A stretch of DNA of 64,000 bases from Tubulanus polymorphus (Eukaryota > Animalia > Nemertea): positions 3,743,950 through 3,807,949 of the forward strand of contig NC_134026.1 of NCBI RefSeq assembly GCF_964204645.1. The letters are read 5' to 3'. Both the position numbers and the translations under genes were made by a program. The notes beneath the pieces are model-generated. The model was not told the origin of the DNA, did not search any database, and saw nothing but the letters and a program-made list of their open reading frames with translations. Positions 62,006-64,000 of this stretch are shown in pieces (the first letter of the stretch is position 1; every line of letters begins with the position of its first letter).

Positions 62006-64000
62006 TCACGATAAACCGCAAGCCTTGCCATATACCAGATTTTTGGATGTACCAGAGAACGGAATATCCGTATTTTATCTTGGAAGTACGGTAGTTGAAA
62101 TTAACTCCCCATATACTGCGATACTCTTTAAATCACCAAAATCATAAGTTTTATTGTATTCTTTATCTGTAAATCCGCCAAATGTACCACCCATTGCAGA
62201 CGGGATATGTATGTTGTTTAAAATGGAATTTCAGTAATATTAATGATAATCTATTGGATCTCAGAAAGAAACATATCAGACGATGAACCAGCATGTTAAC
62301 AAATAATGATTGCACAATAGCTGCTCAGTAACCATTCTAGGAAAAATGTTCAGCACTTTTCGGACCTGTAGTCTCTTGTCACTTTGACTAGTATCCTCTA
62401 CCTGGCTTTATTGGGAAATGTGAATGATATTCTGCCAAGAATTGTACAAATCCAACCCACCCAATTCATTTCATGTAATTTTGATACAATGCACTTCATT
62501 ACCTCTAGTCAGCAGTTATTTAACACACATTCCCAGGTGAGGTATCTTATCATTGAGTATTGATGTAATTTATTAGTGATTTAAAGTATGATGTATGATC
62601 TCAGCACCTTGTCACAGCAGCTAGTTTGCTGAATATTTCTGTGTTGTAATACAGTGTACATAAATTTGTTGCATATGAAATAAAACTCTTTCTTAATACT
62701 AATAACTTCTTTCGATGTTCTTCATTTTGTAAATTTCCTTGGATTTCAAATAAAAAGTGACGCGGGGGACATTATGTAGAAGAACAATGACATGGTACAC
62801 CAAACCCTCTTCATTCGGATCGGTTAAATCTGGATTTGGTTCTAATCCGGATATTATTACGGTCCTGTATAGGAATGTTCGTAAAATATGTTTAATCCGG
62901 ATTTCTCATAAACAATATGAAGTTCGTTGGTCTCAAATGATCCAAATTATGCAGGTTTGACTGTACCACTAGACAAGAGGTACTGTAGATGATACTTTTG
63001 ATTTTTCAGTTAGTTAAGCAATGAAACAATTTATTCTAAAAATAATCAACATCTTTATTGCATCACTTGGATATATATATATATTTATATAAATGTATGA
63101 GCTGCATTATCGCTGTGTTATGACTGATCATAAAAACATCTAAAGCTAACTTAGCTCGATCTAATATATAAAGTATTATTCCGTTGAGACATTTAAACAG
63201 GGTATTTACTTCTTGATGTAATTTAAGATTTTTGCAGCATGTGAACAAATACATGTCCTATATAGGAATATCCACTTAAAACAACCAAAAATCTTCCAAC
63301 TTTCTCACAAATTCAAAAAATTGAACAACTATAAGTGAAGAACACACTGGAATTATCTATTACAAAACTTGATTGATACTTCATGTATCCATGTTACATT
63401 TTACATCAGTTATCTAGGCCTGGTTAGATGGAAGGGTAAGCACCTAGGGAACACAGTTTCAAACCTTCTCTTGGGGAGGTAAATTTGTAGTGATATATGC
63501 CCTAATCTTCAAATCTATTCATAGACGGAATGTACGTAGCACCATACTTGAATAATAATACATGTCATAATATAAATTGATGTGTTCTGAATCAGCAGAC
63601 ACTGGAAATAATGAAATATACGCTTAATACCCAGCAGCCTCTGTGAACAACTCACTTTTCATATTAGTAAAAAATAAATGCACTAACGATTTGATTGTTC
63701 CTTTTGAAAATCTAACATTTTCTCCGTTTAAGTACGAATTTCTTAACAAAAGATCACAGTCTAAAACAACATAAACTCTTAACATAATTCAGCATATAAT
63801 ATTTCTATCATTATTTTTGGCTCTCCACATATTTGTAGATAAACAGAACTTGAATATGTATTATTCATACCGGTACAAAACCTAGTATTAAAACCATCAA
63901 CGCAAGAAATAAAAGCCACGAGAAAATGCGAAATAACAGATCATCATTTTCGCTTGGGAACCGGATTCTTCAAATTGAAATTAGCGTTCACCCAAGATTG

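Overview
AT-rich, intron-containing animal genomic DNA. The combination of an NR1J/HR96-type nuclear receptor and a C6orf62 orthologue suggests an invertebrate bilaterian, probably a lophotrochozoan (inference). I traced seven spliced protein-coding genes by hand: VPS33A (-), SGSM1/2-type RUN-TBC RabGAP (+), C6orf62 orthologue (+), NR1J/HR96-like nuclear receptor (-), MOGS (+), GDPD1/3-type lysophospholipase D (+), and an unrecognised 768-aa gene (-) nested in GDPD intron 1. Two gene pairs are head-to-head (VPS33A/SGSM and NR1J/MOGS). Introns and UTRs carry several MITE families, some nested in each other. The best leads are: (1) the nested gene, which has three IQ motifs and 11 spaced (K)FFxFGK repeats, five preceded by basic kinase sites; (2) the ~1-kb region upstream of C6orf62, with 14 short uORFs including a five-member stop-start chain; (3) a candidate minimal hammerhead ribozyme, a near-consensus CTCF site and a GC-rich branched fold-back in the GDPD 3' UTR. 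Gene names come from remembered family motifs; no database search was run.
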